Below are positions 27,790 through 41,327 of a DNA stretch of 64,000 nucleotides, in pieces (within the stretch, counting starts at the first letter, position 1; each line of letters opens with the position of its first letter). Source of the stretch: Octopus vulgaris (taxonomy: Eukaryota). The translations under genes were made by a program, and so were the position numbers. The stretch is from the NCBI GenBank assembly GCA_951406725.2, contig OX597826.1, forward strand, positions 3,658,001 through 3,722,000, read 5' to 3'. The notes under the pieces were generated by a model. It did not search any database and was not told the origin of the DNA. It saw only the letters and a program-made list of their open reading frames with translations.

Positions 27790-28450
27790 AAGTTGTCATC
27801 TGGTCAGGATGAAGGATTCAAGGATGCCAAAACAACTCTTTTATGGAGAGTTAGCTAAAGGAGAACGACCTCCACATAAACCAAACAAGAGGTATAAAGA
27901 CTTTCTGAAGGCATCATTAAGAGATGCTTGCATCTCTCCTGACACATGGGAAGGCATAGCTATTGACCGTAGCAGGTGGAGACGGATTGTGCACGAGGGG
28001 ACAGCCACTTTTGAGAAATCTCGAGTTGCACATGAGAAAGTAAGGAGGGATGTCAGGAAGGGCATCGTTGTTACACTTCCAGATGGGAAGGGTACTCCTT
28101 TGATGCTGACATGCAATGTCTGTGCAAGACCCTGCCTCAGTAAAGCTGGAGTCAAGAGACAGATGAGTGACAACCTGGCCACTGGTGGTGGTGTAACACA
28201 CCACACTAATCTTATCTGTCGGGCATGTGGAAGAAAGTGTAATTCGGCAAGGGGACTTAAACGACATGCAAAGGTACCTGAATCCCAGTTACAACTACAG
28301 CCGGCTATTATCGGTAAAGGTATTAGCTGCCAATTCTGTACAAGACATTGTAGATCTTTAGCTGGGCTAAGAAGTCACATTCGATCACAGCACCAGTAAC
28401 AGTTAAGCTTCGTGCAATGGCCATACTCGATAACGAGGGGGCAGCCATAA
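27790..28450 (+). mobile_element. RTE-clade LINE 3' fragment: ORF C-terminus with three Zn-finger-like motifs, plus 3' tail
   Basis: ORF 27809-28399 reads [49 protein letters not shown], a classic RTE post-RT region, followed by three CxxC motifs. Confidence 0.93.
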
Positions 28451-28595
28451 TATGTAGTATATATATGTATGTTTATATATGTATACATGTATATATATAT
28501 ACATATATATACATATATACATACATATATACATGTATATATATATATATACATGCATATGCATACATATATACATACATATACACACACACATA

Positions 28596-28627
<32 letters not shown>

Positions 28628-29377
28628 CATAAATGCATACACACGCACGCGCACAGACACATACACACACACGTACACACAAACACACGCACACGCACAT
28701 ATTTATATATGCTAAACATTTTGTTCAGCTTGCTACCTTGTAGTAAACAAGAACACTATAAAACATCACTCTTTACTGTTTTAGTATGGCACCCTATAGC
28801 TTCAAAATGGAATTCTATGAAGTAGATTTCCATTGAAAGTTTTCACTGGAATTCATTGCAGAATTTTTATTATTAATAACTATTTTCTTCCTCCGACTTA
28901 CCAATTCTCTGTATAATTTCGAAATTAAAAAATTAGGTTTCCATCAAAATATAATTCTGCTTGTAGAGAATCACTTCACACCCTATGACTGACAAAGATA
29001 ATTATAATTCTTATCACTCAAAGTGCATGTTTACATATCTTAGATGATTCCTCGTGATAAGAATTTAAGTTTGTAGGTTAATTACAATTCCATATTTATT
29101 CATCAGCATAAAAATTACATCGTGTAAAACTGTCCAATCAACATTTACGATGATAAAGCTTACGGATAAAGTCTTCTGAAATGTAAATTATATCTTTACT
29201 AAAACACTTTTAAATTTACAATTATTATTATATATTTACATGAGAAGCACGATTCATAATTTAAACGCATTGGACTTCTAAAGAAATGATTTTATCTGTT
29301 GAACTCATTTCACGTTTTGTTTGTCTAGTAAATCCGATAGCATCGCATATAATGGCCATCTGAGCTGCTTAGGTACA

Positions 29378-29415
<38 letters not shown>

Positions 29416-29492
29416 CCCTCTCTCTCTCAACCTCCCTCTCAATCTCTCGTTATCTATCTCTATATCTATCTATCTAACTTTCGATCTATCGA

Positions 29493-29531
<39 letters not shown>

Positions 29532-29874
29532 TATATGTCTGTGTGTGTGCATATATGTATAGGCATGCCCTTTCCGGCCATGCCCCACTACAAACAATCT
29601 GTCTTCTGTCAAAGCTCCCCAACAACCCGTCTTCTCAACACACCTCCCCTGCCTATGATCAAGATCTCGCTGCAGGCCCCTCCCACGATCCATGTCCTCT
29701 CATATCAACACAAGCCCCACCACCACCACATTCATTTTTCCCAACCTTCACTTGTAGCAGTTACCTTCTCCCTATGTCTAGACATCTCTCCTCACATTCT
29801 TATGATACATCCTCTTTTATACCCTCTAAGCCATTTATATTTCAATGTACTTTGTATGTCCTGTTGATTTCCAG

Positions 29875-29912
<38 letters not shown>

Positions 29913-29935
29913 CACTCTTTCTCTCTAGTTCCCTC

Positions 29936-29967
<32 letters not shown>

Positions 29968-30129
29968 AGTCACTCACTTTGCTTCCGTATCTTTCTCTTT
30001 AATTCTTCTTCTCCATCCTTCCCTCTCTTTTCCTACTGGGCTAATGAAGTATCCCCACTATATCAAAAGGCTATCCCTAGCCCTCTATCATACATTAACC
30101 CCTCATCCAGCACAAAGTCAAATCCATCA

Positions 30130-30408
30130 GTACGAATCCCTCTCCCAGCCGAGGTGGGGGTCATTGTGTTGCAAATTCTTTGGTGACCCTAACGGTGCGA
30201 GAGCTACGTAAACACGACAGTGGGGGCACCATTTACGCACCATCTAGTACACTATGTAAACTGTTGACGTTAGGAAGGGGTCTTCGAGCCGTCAAACCTA
30301 TACTAAAGAAAACACCGGCGCCCGGTGTGGTTCCCTAGCTCACCATCATTTGTCAAACCGTCCAAAACATGCCAGCGTGCAAGACGGACAATAAATGACA
30401 ATGATGAT
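30130..30408 (+). mobile_element. Degenerate SINE-like repeat with (GAT)n-type tail
   Basis: Reads gttaggaagggg..agccgt..tgtcaaaccgtccaa..catgccagc..acggac..taaatgacaatgatgat. It resembles an octopus repeat from memory and is single-copy in this window. Confidence 0.45.
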
Positions 30409-30569
30409 ACGTGTGTGTGTGTTTGTGTGTGTGTGTATGTGTGTTTTTCTGTGCGTTTGTTAGATTATGTGTGTGTGTATGTGTGTGTGTTTGCAACTAT
30501 TCCATTGACTCCGTTTCCTTATTTATCTCTCTTTCTTTCTCTCTCTTGTTAAGCATATCGCCCTGCGTG

Positions 30570-30750
30570 CTAACGTTTCTTATTTCTTTATTGCCCACAC
30601 GGGGTTCAACATGGAGGGGACAAACAAGGACAGACAAACGGATTAATTAGATTACATCGACCCCAGTGCGTAACTGGTACTTAATTTGTCGACCCCGACG
30701 GAATTGGAACTCAGACGAAAAACTGCTAAGGATTTCGCTCGGCGTGCTAA
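30570..30750 (-). mobile_element. SINE family C variant, internally deleted
   Basis: Tail tttattgcccac..ggacaaacaaggacagacaaa matches the tails at 44990-45059 and 49820-49885. Confidence 0.75.
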
Positions 30751-31130
30751 ACTTCAAGATTTATTTCTGAATGTATGCACAGATGTGTGCATACTTACAG
30801 AAACTGGTATACCAGGCTTCAGTATTTCGTGTCAGAAATACGATGAATTCATCGGTTGCTGTAATTCTATTACCAGAAGTGCCATTATTCACAAATTCGA
30901 TATGTAATTGACGATGCTAAGTGGACTGGACTTAAGATATTTCAACAAATAGGGTGATCATTACCTCATTGATACAGAAACTTGAAGTCTTGTGAGTCTT
31001 CCTACCTGTGTCATTGAATAATAATGACAGTACTGAGGTATACTCCTATTTTCGTCACACTCGGTTTCCTTATGCATACATAAACACACACACACACACG
31101 CACACATCATACACATATATACATACAATA

Positions 31131-31166
<36 letters not shown>

Positions 31167-31167
<1 letters not shown>

Positions 31168-31734
31168 GAGGGTGAGTCAAAAGGTAATGCCATTTTGTTT
31201 AGAACAGGTATAATTACCAACACAGAAACATGTATCATACATCAAAATGAAGCTGGTCCTCTGTGGATCATATCCCTACTCCTCAACATAGTCACCGTTT
31301 CTCTCAATAGCAATGTTCCACCTTCGACTGAGATCATGTATCCCTGCCCCGTAAAATTCTGTTGACTGTTCTTTGACCCACTTCTTCACAACAGGTTTCA
31401 CTTCTTCGCCACTGGAATAATGTTTGCGACTGAAACCCTCTTTCATGGGGCCGAAGAGATGACGGTCTGAAGGCGCTAAATCATTCCAGTGATGTGGAAG
31501 TGAAAACTGTAGTGAATAAGTGGCTCAAAGGACAGTCAAAAGAATTTTACGGGGCAGAGATACATGCTCTCATATGAAGGTGGAACATTCCTATTGAGAG
31601 AAACGGTGACTATGTTGAGAAGTAGAAATGTGATCCATAGAGGACCAGCTTCATTTTGATGTATGATACATGTTCCTGTGTTGGAAATTATACCTGTCCT
31701 AAACAAAATGGCGTTACTTTTTGACTCACCCTCG
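31167..31734. mobile_element. Mariner-derived foldback MITE made of two inverted 3' ends
   Basis: Termini cgagggtgagtcaaaa / tttttgactcaccctcg, with ~250-bp inverted arms. The minus strand encodes DLAPSDRHLFGPMKEG...WVKEQSTEFYGAGIHDLSRRWNIAIERNGDYVEE*. TA on the left flank. Confidence 0.92.
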
Positions 31735-31990
31735 TCTACATATACGTCTTTGCACATTTTTATGTGTACATATATATAATCACAGACACAAACATACTCA
31801 CTGACACACACACAGGAACGCGCACACATGCACGGACACTCATTCACACACGCATAGTAACACTCACGCATGTATGGATTCTCACGTTTACTTATCACCT
31901 TTTCCATCGAGGACTTATATGCCCCAATATTACACCATTTCCTATCGTCAATATAGAGTGAAAGCTTATAAGCTTAAGTTTATAATTATA

Positions 31991-32360
31991 CTAGCAGTAT
32001 CGCCCGGCGTTGCTCAGGTTTGTAAGGGAAATAACTATAAAGCATTTTTAGAGAGTTATAGCCAAAAAATAGCAAAAAAATGGAAAAAAAAATGATGGTA
32101 AATTTTTTTTGAGAGTTAAAAAAGGTCGAGTTGCGTCCCCTAGACAGTCTGTGGTTTGTGTTTCTGATTCTCGACCCCATGTCGAATTTATATGATTTTT
32201 TTCAGAACTGGGGGAACTTTTCAAAATTTTCGCTGCGTTAGTTTTGAATTATGACATTGGGCTATGTGTGTGTCAAGTTTCATCAGAATCGGTTGAAAGC
32301 CGTGGTCAGGATGAGGGTACAACCAAACAGACACACAGAAACACACACAGACAAACTGCC

Positions 32361-32372
<12 letters not shown>
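31991..32372 (-). mobile_element. Non-autonomous Helitron-like element
   Basis: Minus-strand 3' end has an imperfect hairpin (cctgagcaacgccggg) then CTAG followed by T. Internal aagtttcatcagaatcgg and acagac motifs resemble Lep1-type Helitrons. The 5' end is lost in (TA)n. Confidence 0.7.
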
Positions 32373-32422
<50 letters not shown>

Positions 32423-32509
32423 ATGTATATATATATGACTACAGAAGTTATAGGAAAATATTAGATTTAAATGTTCTCAAATTCACTTCAGAATTTCCCA
32501 CGGACATAT

Positions 32510-32724
32510 TGCGTAGTGGTTAAGAGCGCGGGCTAATAACCCTAAGTTTCCTAGTTCGATTCCAAGCAGTGGTCTGAAAATTAATAGTAATAATAATAAT
32601 AAATAACTTCGAAAAATACGTTAGGAATGAGGAGTTTCGAAATTTCCCCAAGACACATGATGAAAGATGGAAGGTATATCAACCGAAACGTTGTGTTAAC
32701 AACAAACGAGATGACAAAAGTACG

Positions 32725-32730
<6 letters not shown>
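32510..32730 (+). mobile_element. tRNA-headed element with degenerate HHR tail (family G)
   Basis: Head gcgtagtggttaagagcgcgggct..agttcgattcc, then a (TAA)-like spacer, then gacacATGATGA..ccGAAAcgttgtgtt. Homologous to 35918-36205. Confidence 0.75.
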
Positions 32731-32761
<31 letters not shown>

Positions 32762-33083
32762 GTGAGAGAGGGCAACCGCATAAATTCTGCTGTATCCAAC
32801 TCCTTCAAAAGGTTTTCATTAATCCATGGTTATATTAGTACACAACTACAAAAGATTAGAAGCTGTGGAGTCGAAGTCTAAATTACCTTTTTGTGTACCG
32901 TATTTCTTTCCCATGCAAGCATGGTTAACATATTTTCCCTCTAAACATATCACAGAGCCCAACCTTTTGACAGAAAATTTATGTATATTTTATGTCCCCA
33001 TTCCGTTTTCCCCTTAGTTTTTATGTGTATATTTGAAATTTTTTCATTCACTCTATTTCCTTATTTATCCGTGTGTCTCTCTC

Positions 33084-33169
<86 letters not shown>

Positions 33170-33516
33170 TATTTGCTCTCTAATTTATATTTGATCTCTT
33201 ATTTATATTTGGTTTCTTTTTCGGTGACTTATTTTCCTTATTATCTACTTAGTCTGTTTTGTGTTTTGTCCATATTTTTTTTTTTTTACTATGGATTTCA
33301 AAGTTCAGAAATATTACGTTTTTGATATTATCAAAAAGGATCACTCATAAACATTAAGGAACTTTAGACACAAAATATCGTACAAGAAATAGTTGTTGAA
33401 CTACTAATACTACTCCTACTATCACCATCACAACTACCACCAGGATGAACACTGCTACTACTAACACTGTACTTATTAGTGATAACAATAATAATAATAA
33501 TAATGATAAATATTTC

Positions 33517-33676
33517 AATTTTTGCCACAAGGGCAGCTTGGGGAAGGGGATTAAGTCGATTACATCAACCGCAGTTTCACTGGTACATAATTTACCGACC
33601 CCGAAAGGATGATATGCAAAGTCGACCACGGCGGAATTTGAACTCAGAACATGGTGATAGGTGAAATACTGCTAAG
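33517..33676 (-). mobile_element. SINE family C
   Basis: Contains accgaccccgaaaggatga..aaagtcgac..cggcggaatttgaactcagaac. Confidence 0.8.
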
Positions 33677-34215
33677 CAGTACCAGACAGTGGCTCTCATG
33701 GCTTCTGATCTTAACTGATTGGAAGTGTTATCATGCACATTGTTTTGACTTGCTTTAAAAGATGAGCTACAGCAAATATTCTGCTCAATACCACAGATTT
33801 GCTTGTCACTTGTTTGACCTTAACCAGTTGAGCATGTCCCTTCGTGGCTGACGATATGTGCATCTCTGATCATGGTCAGTTGGGGAGCATCATAGCCATG
33901 TGTTGAAGGGAATTCTTAGAGGTTTAGATAATTCACCTTTGGAAACAGGGGTGTTTCGTTCAACATCCTTAAACAATCTTTATTCAGGGACCTTTTGAGC
34001 GGGATGGGCTACTCGACCAGAAGAAAATTCTAACTGGGCCCCACTTGCAAGGTCATGCGCTCTTTATCTTGACGTGAGATCACCATGTCGCACACATATG
34101 GTTGTGATGCATGTGCTTGGTATAGCCTTATCAGACAGGTAGTCATGATGGGTATACTGGGCTTCGTATATTTTAGCCCAGTGTCACTTTGATGGCATGC
34201 ACTGCTCTCTCATTC
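33677..34215 (+). mobile_element. Family E retroposon
   Basis: Homologous to 5296-5757, with a (TAA)n tail. Confidence 0.85.
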
Positions 34216-35021
34216 AATAATAATAATAATGATAATAATGAGTGTTATAATTATGTTTTCTTTTTGTTTAATATACACGGATGTTTCACGAAATGATTGG
34301 CGACTGTAAAGAACGACACAAGGTGTATGTAGATAAAATGGCATTGGAAAAGAAATGCGGATAACAAAGAAAGAATATAAAATATTTCTTCTTTGGCTTC
34401 GATTCATTAATAAAATTAATTAATTGAAGATTTCATTTCAATACGTTGTATATGTACACAATTTTAACTTTGTGCACTGTCATAATTTAAACTATACGCA
34501 AAACATATTATACTAATATATATATATGTGTGTGTGCGTGTATGTATGGGGTGTATTTGTGCGCATATGTGTGACTGGGTCTCTCTGTGTGTGCGCACGT
34601 ATTTGTTTATGTATGTGCGTATGTGATAGGGACATAGAATGAGCATATGTATGTATGATATATATATATATGCTTTATGAATCTATACGTACCGAAAACG
34701 CTCATGGTTCTACATTTATAAACGTTCTTCTTTTATGATCTTCACTACGAATGTGCTTCTACACTTGTGGCCTGAGGTTAACACCACATGGAATGGATGG
34801 ATAAATTTACAATCTAATAAGACACACTGACGCTATACCGCGGTTCAACAAAAGAGTTTTAATACATAACGTTTATTGTACGTCTATTTGTTTCATAGCA
34901 TTCGCCATCTTATGGGCCTCCACAGACATAAAATATTAGGTTACAAAGAACCCTAGCCTCACATCTTTTCCTGTTTATATTTTATTGTATGCTTACTTCC
35001 TGCCTATTTTGATTTTTTGCG

Positions 35022-35096
<75 letters not shown>

Positions 35097-35808
35097 AGAG
35101 AGAGAGAGAGAGAGAGAGAGATAGTACAAATAGTAAAAAATGTGTACATATATTTACACATACACACACGTTAAATATATATATATATATATGTATATAA
35201 TGTGTATATATATTTATGTACATACACTCACGAATACATATATACATATGTGTATGTGTCTGTGTGTTTGTGCGTCCGTTTGTGCGTGCGAGCGGAGATG
35301 TATGTACAGAGTTTGTACTATTTGGCCGCATAATGTTATCAGAGATAATACTCAAAAGACATCATAAAACTTAGGTTTGTATAATTTCTTAAGAATATTA
35401 TTTATAGGTGGCAGGACTGATATGTGTTCCTTTCTGTTTTATTTTGTTGCATTTTTTTTTATTTTGTAATTTTATATATCTACGCATATGTGTGTATTAT
35501 TATCTAAATATCTAAATATTTTAGAAGCTAAATACAAACGGCCAACGACAAATGCGTCATCACCAAGAACCACTACAACCACGAAGACGTCGACAGCAAT
35601 AACAACATCTCAAACATCCTGTTTGCAAACGTTTTTCTTTTCGATTTTATTTCTTTTGATATTATTTTTAATTGTTTTTTATCTTCTTTATTATTGTTAT
35701 TATTATCATTACTATTATCATTATTACTACTACTGCCATCATTAATATTATCATCATCATCACCATCATCATGGTCGTTATTGTTGTTGTTGTGTTGTTG
35801 TTGTTGGA

Positions 35809-35883
<75 letters not shown>

Positions 35884-35887
<4 letters not shown>

Positions 35888-35946
35888 TCACTGCTGGGAA
35901 TCGAATTCGGAATCTTGGCGTAGTGGTTAAGAGCGCCTGTTACAAA

Positions 35947-36026
<80 letters not shown>

Positions 36027-36205
36027 TCGAATTATACCTTAGGAATTAGAACCTTGGTTCGAAATTTCCCCAAGACACTGATGAAGGCTGGAGGGTATAT
36101 CAACCGAAACGTTGTGTTAGCAACAAACAAGATGAGGACAAATACCCGTCAAATGTAAATAATGTAAATAACGTACATAATTCCTCATCTTTTAAACATA
36201 GAACC
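35884..36205 (+). mobile_element. Family G tRNA-headed, HHR-tailed element with an inverted 5' fragment
   Basis: Order is (TTA)n, minus-strand head fragment ttcaggtcactgctgggaatcgaa, plus-strand head ggcgtagtggttaagagcgc, (TAA)n, then gacaCTGATGAaggctggagggtatatcaaccGAAAcgttgtgtt (36074-36118). Confidence 0.78.
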
Positions 36206-36225
36206 AAAGTTATTATTATCATTAT

Positions 36226-36780
36226 TGAGTGAGAGAGCAGTGCATGCCATGAAAATGACGCTGGGGTACAAATATATGAAGCCTAGTATACCCATCATCC
36301 CATCTGATAAGAGTACAGCATGCACATGCATTACAACCATAAGTGCGCGACATGGTGATCCCATGTCAAGATAAAAAGAGCCTGACCTTGCAGGTGGAGC
36401 CCAGTTAGAATTTTCTTCTGGTCGAGTAACCCATCCTTCTCAAAACGTCTCAGAATAAGGCTTGTTTAAGGACGTTGAGGAACCACCCCTGTTTCCAAAG
36501 GTGAATTATCCAAACCTCTAAGAATCCCTCTCGACACATGGCTATGATGCTCCCCCACTACTTCTGCTCGTGGTCAGAGATGCACATATTCTCAGCCACT
36601 AAGGGTCATGCTCAACTGGTTATGGTCAAACAACTGACAAGCAAATCTGTGGTATTGAGCAGAATATTTACTGTAGTCCATCTTTTTATACCAAGACAAA
36701 ACAATGTACATGATAACACTTGCAATCAGTTAAGAACAGAAGCCACGAGAACCACAGCCTGATACTGCATCAGGGCATTT
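36226..36780 (-). mobile_element. Family E retroposon, longest copy (~555 bp)
   Basis: Reverse complement of 33677-34215, flanked by tta repeats on both sides. Confidence 0.85.
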
Positions 36781-36808
36781 ATTATTATCATTATTATTGT
36801 CAATACTT

Positions 36809-36905
<97 letters not shown>

Positions 36906-37279
36906 CGGCAGTAGCAGCTGTTGTTATGGTTTTATTATGTGATTTTTATTCTTCAGAGAAAATGATTTTGAATGCTTTTATGGAAGTGGTAGTACTGATA
37001 TGTTATTCTTTTTGAGAAAGAATAATCCACGCGTTCACTTGCTCAATGCCCTGCGATATACAAAGAAGCAAGGAAGGAAACAATTTACAAATAAATCATT
37101 ACAAGGAACCCTCTACTGCCAACAACGCTCCAATCATTTGAAATAAAAAAAATATACTGTATCTTCCCCATATCATTTCTCTTTATCTTTGTTCACAAAT
37201 ACTTCAAAACCACACACACACGCTCGCACACATATGTATATATGTGTGTATGTATGTATGTATGTATATATATATATAC

Positions 37280-37314
<35 letters not shown>

Positions 37315-39268
37315 TGTATGTATATATGTATACGGGTGTATATGTGGGTTTGCACTGCATCACTCACAATAAAACAGTATGAAGCGCATTTCAGTGCAAA
37401 TGTAATCTATCAAAATCTTCTGAAGATGGCATAATGTTTCAGAAATTATGTTTCATTTTCTCTATATCCCCATTCTTATTTGATGATCGTAGTTTATTAT
37501 TTAACCCACCATCATTAAGTAGGGTTACTTTTTTCTTCTTCTAAATAAAAAAAATGACTGCGGTATTGTGGACAATAGTGTCCATATGGAGATAATCCGC
37601 TTTATGGATATTTCTGGGAAATCATTTCCACTTACCTGAAGTAACACTTTGAAATACATAGATTCTGAAGCGCTCACAAAGATTATTTTAATCGTACATT
37701 TAGATATAGTTCTTCATTAGGATAATCTAATGATATATATACATATGTGTGTATATGTTTGTATGTGTTTGTATGTGTTTGTATGTGTATGCGTGTGTGT
37801 GGGTGTCCAAGAATTTAATTTATGTGATAGCATGTTTAGGAAGTGGACACAGCTATATAGGCCAAATAAAGATGCCCCTTAGACGGAGACTACACTTCAG
37901 AAGGAACAGATTTGTTTCCCATTGTATTGATGATAACCTTAAGCGAACACATACAGTGAATTGCAGGGAATCTCCTACCAAACCTTACTGTGTTCCCCAT
38001 CTACCAGTAAAAGGAAACAATCTCTATATAACAACGAGAATATTTTTATTGAAAAGTATAAACCAAGCTTGCATATGAACCTATAACAAATTTTGGCTTT
38101 TCTAAATGTTTTATAACCAACTGTGTACTTACTAAAGTTCATAACTTACTGCAGGTATAAATTTCATCTATATTCACAAACTTAGCTCCTGGTCCTGATT
38201 AGACCTGTGTCGAATTTGTAATGAAACAAAGTAAATCTTTATTAAGCATTTTATACATTTAAAAGTTGACTAACACATCTAAAAATTAAATGTTTTGTCC
38301 ACATATCTAATGGCGTGCTGCAGACTCAACAAGACAGAATAAACTTTTAGTTTTTGTGATACATTAATTTTTGATTATCCCTCCTCTTTGCTTCAACAGT
38401 GTTCACTATAGTTTTTTGTGTTTAGGTTGTGAATCAACGAGGAAGCGCAGTTAAAGGGTACGCCAATAGAAAGATATAAAACAAATCAGTAGAGTATACT
38501 CTCTCTGTGAACAAATGATGGGCCTTCTATGAATTCATTTGAAGAAATAACAACCAGATGTATTTTAAATAAAAATAACATTCGACCATCTTAACCATAC
38601 GAATAACACATTGGAAAGTGAAGTTATAGATATAGGACCAAATATAGAAAATATTTTGTGCAGAATAATTCAGTGAAATTGAACATTCTGTGTTCTATAA
38701 TAGCTTGGAACAAACTATAATAGAACTTACAAACAAATTATCCAAATACATTGGAACCAGACTTATAAAGACTCTTGTTGGCAAGTATTAGTTAAAAAGA
38801 AATTTTTCATCGTAAATCTTACAGCCATTAAACATGCATACATGAAATCAGGAATATACAAAAATACTCGTAATTGTATACATATAGAAATCTTACCCAA
38901 AAAATTGAAAAATAAAATATCTAGTTAATAGAAAAATATTCCTTAACAGTCCGTGTTTTATAACTGGATAACAAAAGCACCACAGGCGGGTACGTACATA
39001 GGACTAATCAATAGATTAAAACACAGATTATATGTATATTTAACTTACACTTATCGATTAAAAACTCAGCATGGTTTAGAAATAAAATATATACTAAAAA
39101 ATACAATAAATGTTTTTCCAAAACAAAAATATTTTATAAACTTTTTATTAATTATAAACAACAAAGTTTCTAATTAAACTACCAGACTTCCTCAACAATA
39201 ATAAATAAATTATGGAGCTTGCAATTTTGTATTTTGTGTGTTTTCTTTAATTTCCAAGATTATGTATT

Positions 39269-39303
<35 letters not shown>

Positions 39304-41202
39304 CTTCGTATTTTTAATGTTACTACAGTGTATAGTAATTAGTTTTTTCTATAATTTATATTATATATGTGTGTATATACGTGTATATATAGCACACGCA
39401 CACACGTACATACGACCAAATGCCTGTGTGTATATATATGTGTGTGTGTGTGTAAATATTTATACATACACATATATATTTATACATACATATATATGTA
39501 TATATATATTTACATATATATATATAAATATACATACATATACATATATAATATATATAACAGTATATGTATGTATGTATATATAACTGCACACATGTGT
39601 GTATATACATATATAGATATATATGAATAGAAATCTTTGCATTGAAATATAAGCCGTTGGCAAAAGTGAATTTTAAAATTTAATTCCAAGGCCTACCACG
39701 ATTCTATAATGAATTTCGCTAAGTTTGAGTAATAATAAATCATTTTAGATGGAAGAAAACATGAGCAGTTTTTTTTTTTTTTACTTTGCGTTTTTACATA
39801 TAATCCAACTACTTTTCTTTTCAAAATTACTATGTCCATGGCACAGCAATTTCTTGTAAACCAGAAATAAGATTCATACATTGTACCTAGTAATTGCCTT
39901 TCCATGGAACACTTCTCACCGTTGAAAACCAAAATGCTACAGGAGTCGGCTAACATTTCACTATAATGAAAATAACGGAATGTAGCAACACATTTGGAAC
40001 TTTAAGAACAATGTGGAATTCTCTTGAATTGTAACACTATCTAACATTCCCTGTTTAAATTTTACATACACTATATTGTGCGCTACTCTTTAAGCAAGGC
40101 CCAATATTGTGCTATCATCAGAAACATATAAATTGTAAATTAAGAGCCTGCATTTGGGCGGGTATTCGGAATGATTATGTAATTCTGTGCGCTGAGTTGC
40201 ATTCATCTTTCTAGGAAATGTATAATATTATCTAGGAATAGCATCTGTCGTTGGCGAACATTCTTGTGAAACATTAATATATTGTCTGCGTGACAGCATG
40301 AAAGCAGAGTTGAATACAATTCATTCAAATATTTCACTGATATTCAAAAGATATTTCGAATAATATTTAATACACTGTAATATGGCAAAAAAGTGAAAAT
40401 AATAATTATTATATTTCCACGTTGCAGTATAGGAAATGTTTCTATGATTCACACATGAAATAAGTTTCTTCTAATATATCATGGCGACAACAACAAAAAA
40501 ATAATGGTTCACTTTGCCGCTTAACAGAGTACTATGTATATTTTATGCGTTTGTCGTTACAGACAAGCAGATGAGTTCCCAATATCTGTGGAGTATTGTA
40601 TTGTTTTTTCCAAGAATTCCTACCGAAAACAAATAACACGGAACAGGTGAAACTGTAGAATGGTAGCCCGGGCTGGCTTTTATTGTTCTTTTTGCTGTTG
40701 AGTTGCAGACCAAAACTTATAGATCAGGTTTATGATTAAATGGCATGGCAGCCGTGAAGATCTTCTATATGTTTTTCAGAGACAGCATATCTATTACAGC
40801 ACCACGAGAGGAAACCTAGGACAGTACATATTGAGTTACCATTGTAATCGTGTTGAATAACAGGCCATAGTTGACTATATCTTTTGGAGAGTCCTACACC
40901 ATAATAGAGTAAAAAGGCCACTCAACTTCATCAATGACATCAGTAGCGAAAGGATATGAAATTGAAGAATGCAGGAACCGATATTCCTAACGCAGCTGGT
41001 AACTCTGATATTGGTTACGACCGTTTGAAGAAGAATATTTAGGACAGCGTTGTCACGTATTTTAAACTTGGGACATGGTTTCCAAGAATTTCAATAAAAT
41101 GCGTACGGGTACTCATATTGGCTTCTATGTAACACTACATTAAACAGCGATTGATTTTGTAAGTCACAATGAGCAAGTGATCATTTCTCCTGATATTTAT
41201 GC

Positions 41203-41327
41203 TTTATCGACCCCAGGAATTTGAAAACGAAAGTCGAGTGCCGAGAAATTTAAACCCTGAACGTAAACACGGAGGAAATGCTGTTAGACATTTTGCCCCG
41301 ACATGTTAGCAAGTCTACCAGCTCGTC
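41203..41327 (-). mobile_element. SINE family C, degenerate
   Basis: Reads tttatcgacccc..aaagtcgag..gaaatttaaaccctgaacgtaaa..accagctcg. Confidence 0.6.

Noticed and set aside
29321-30211. 296-aa ORF, the longest in the track
   Set aside because: Stitched through (CT)n and (TA)n repeats, with a TTG start and no recognisable domain.
38560-38930. Possible decayed GIY-YIG remnant (KSGIYKN..NC); similar weak TE hints at 16390-16500, 40640-41000 and 56990-57170
   Set aside because: Only a few motif residues remain amid stops and frameshifts, too weak to call without an HMM search.
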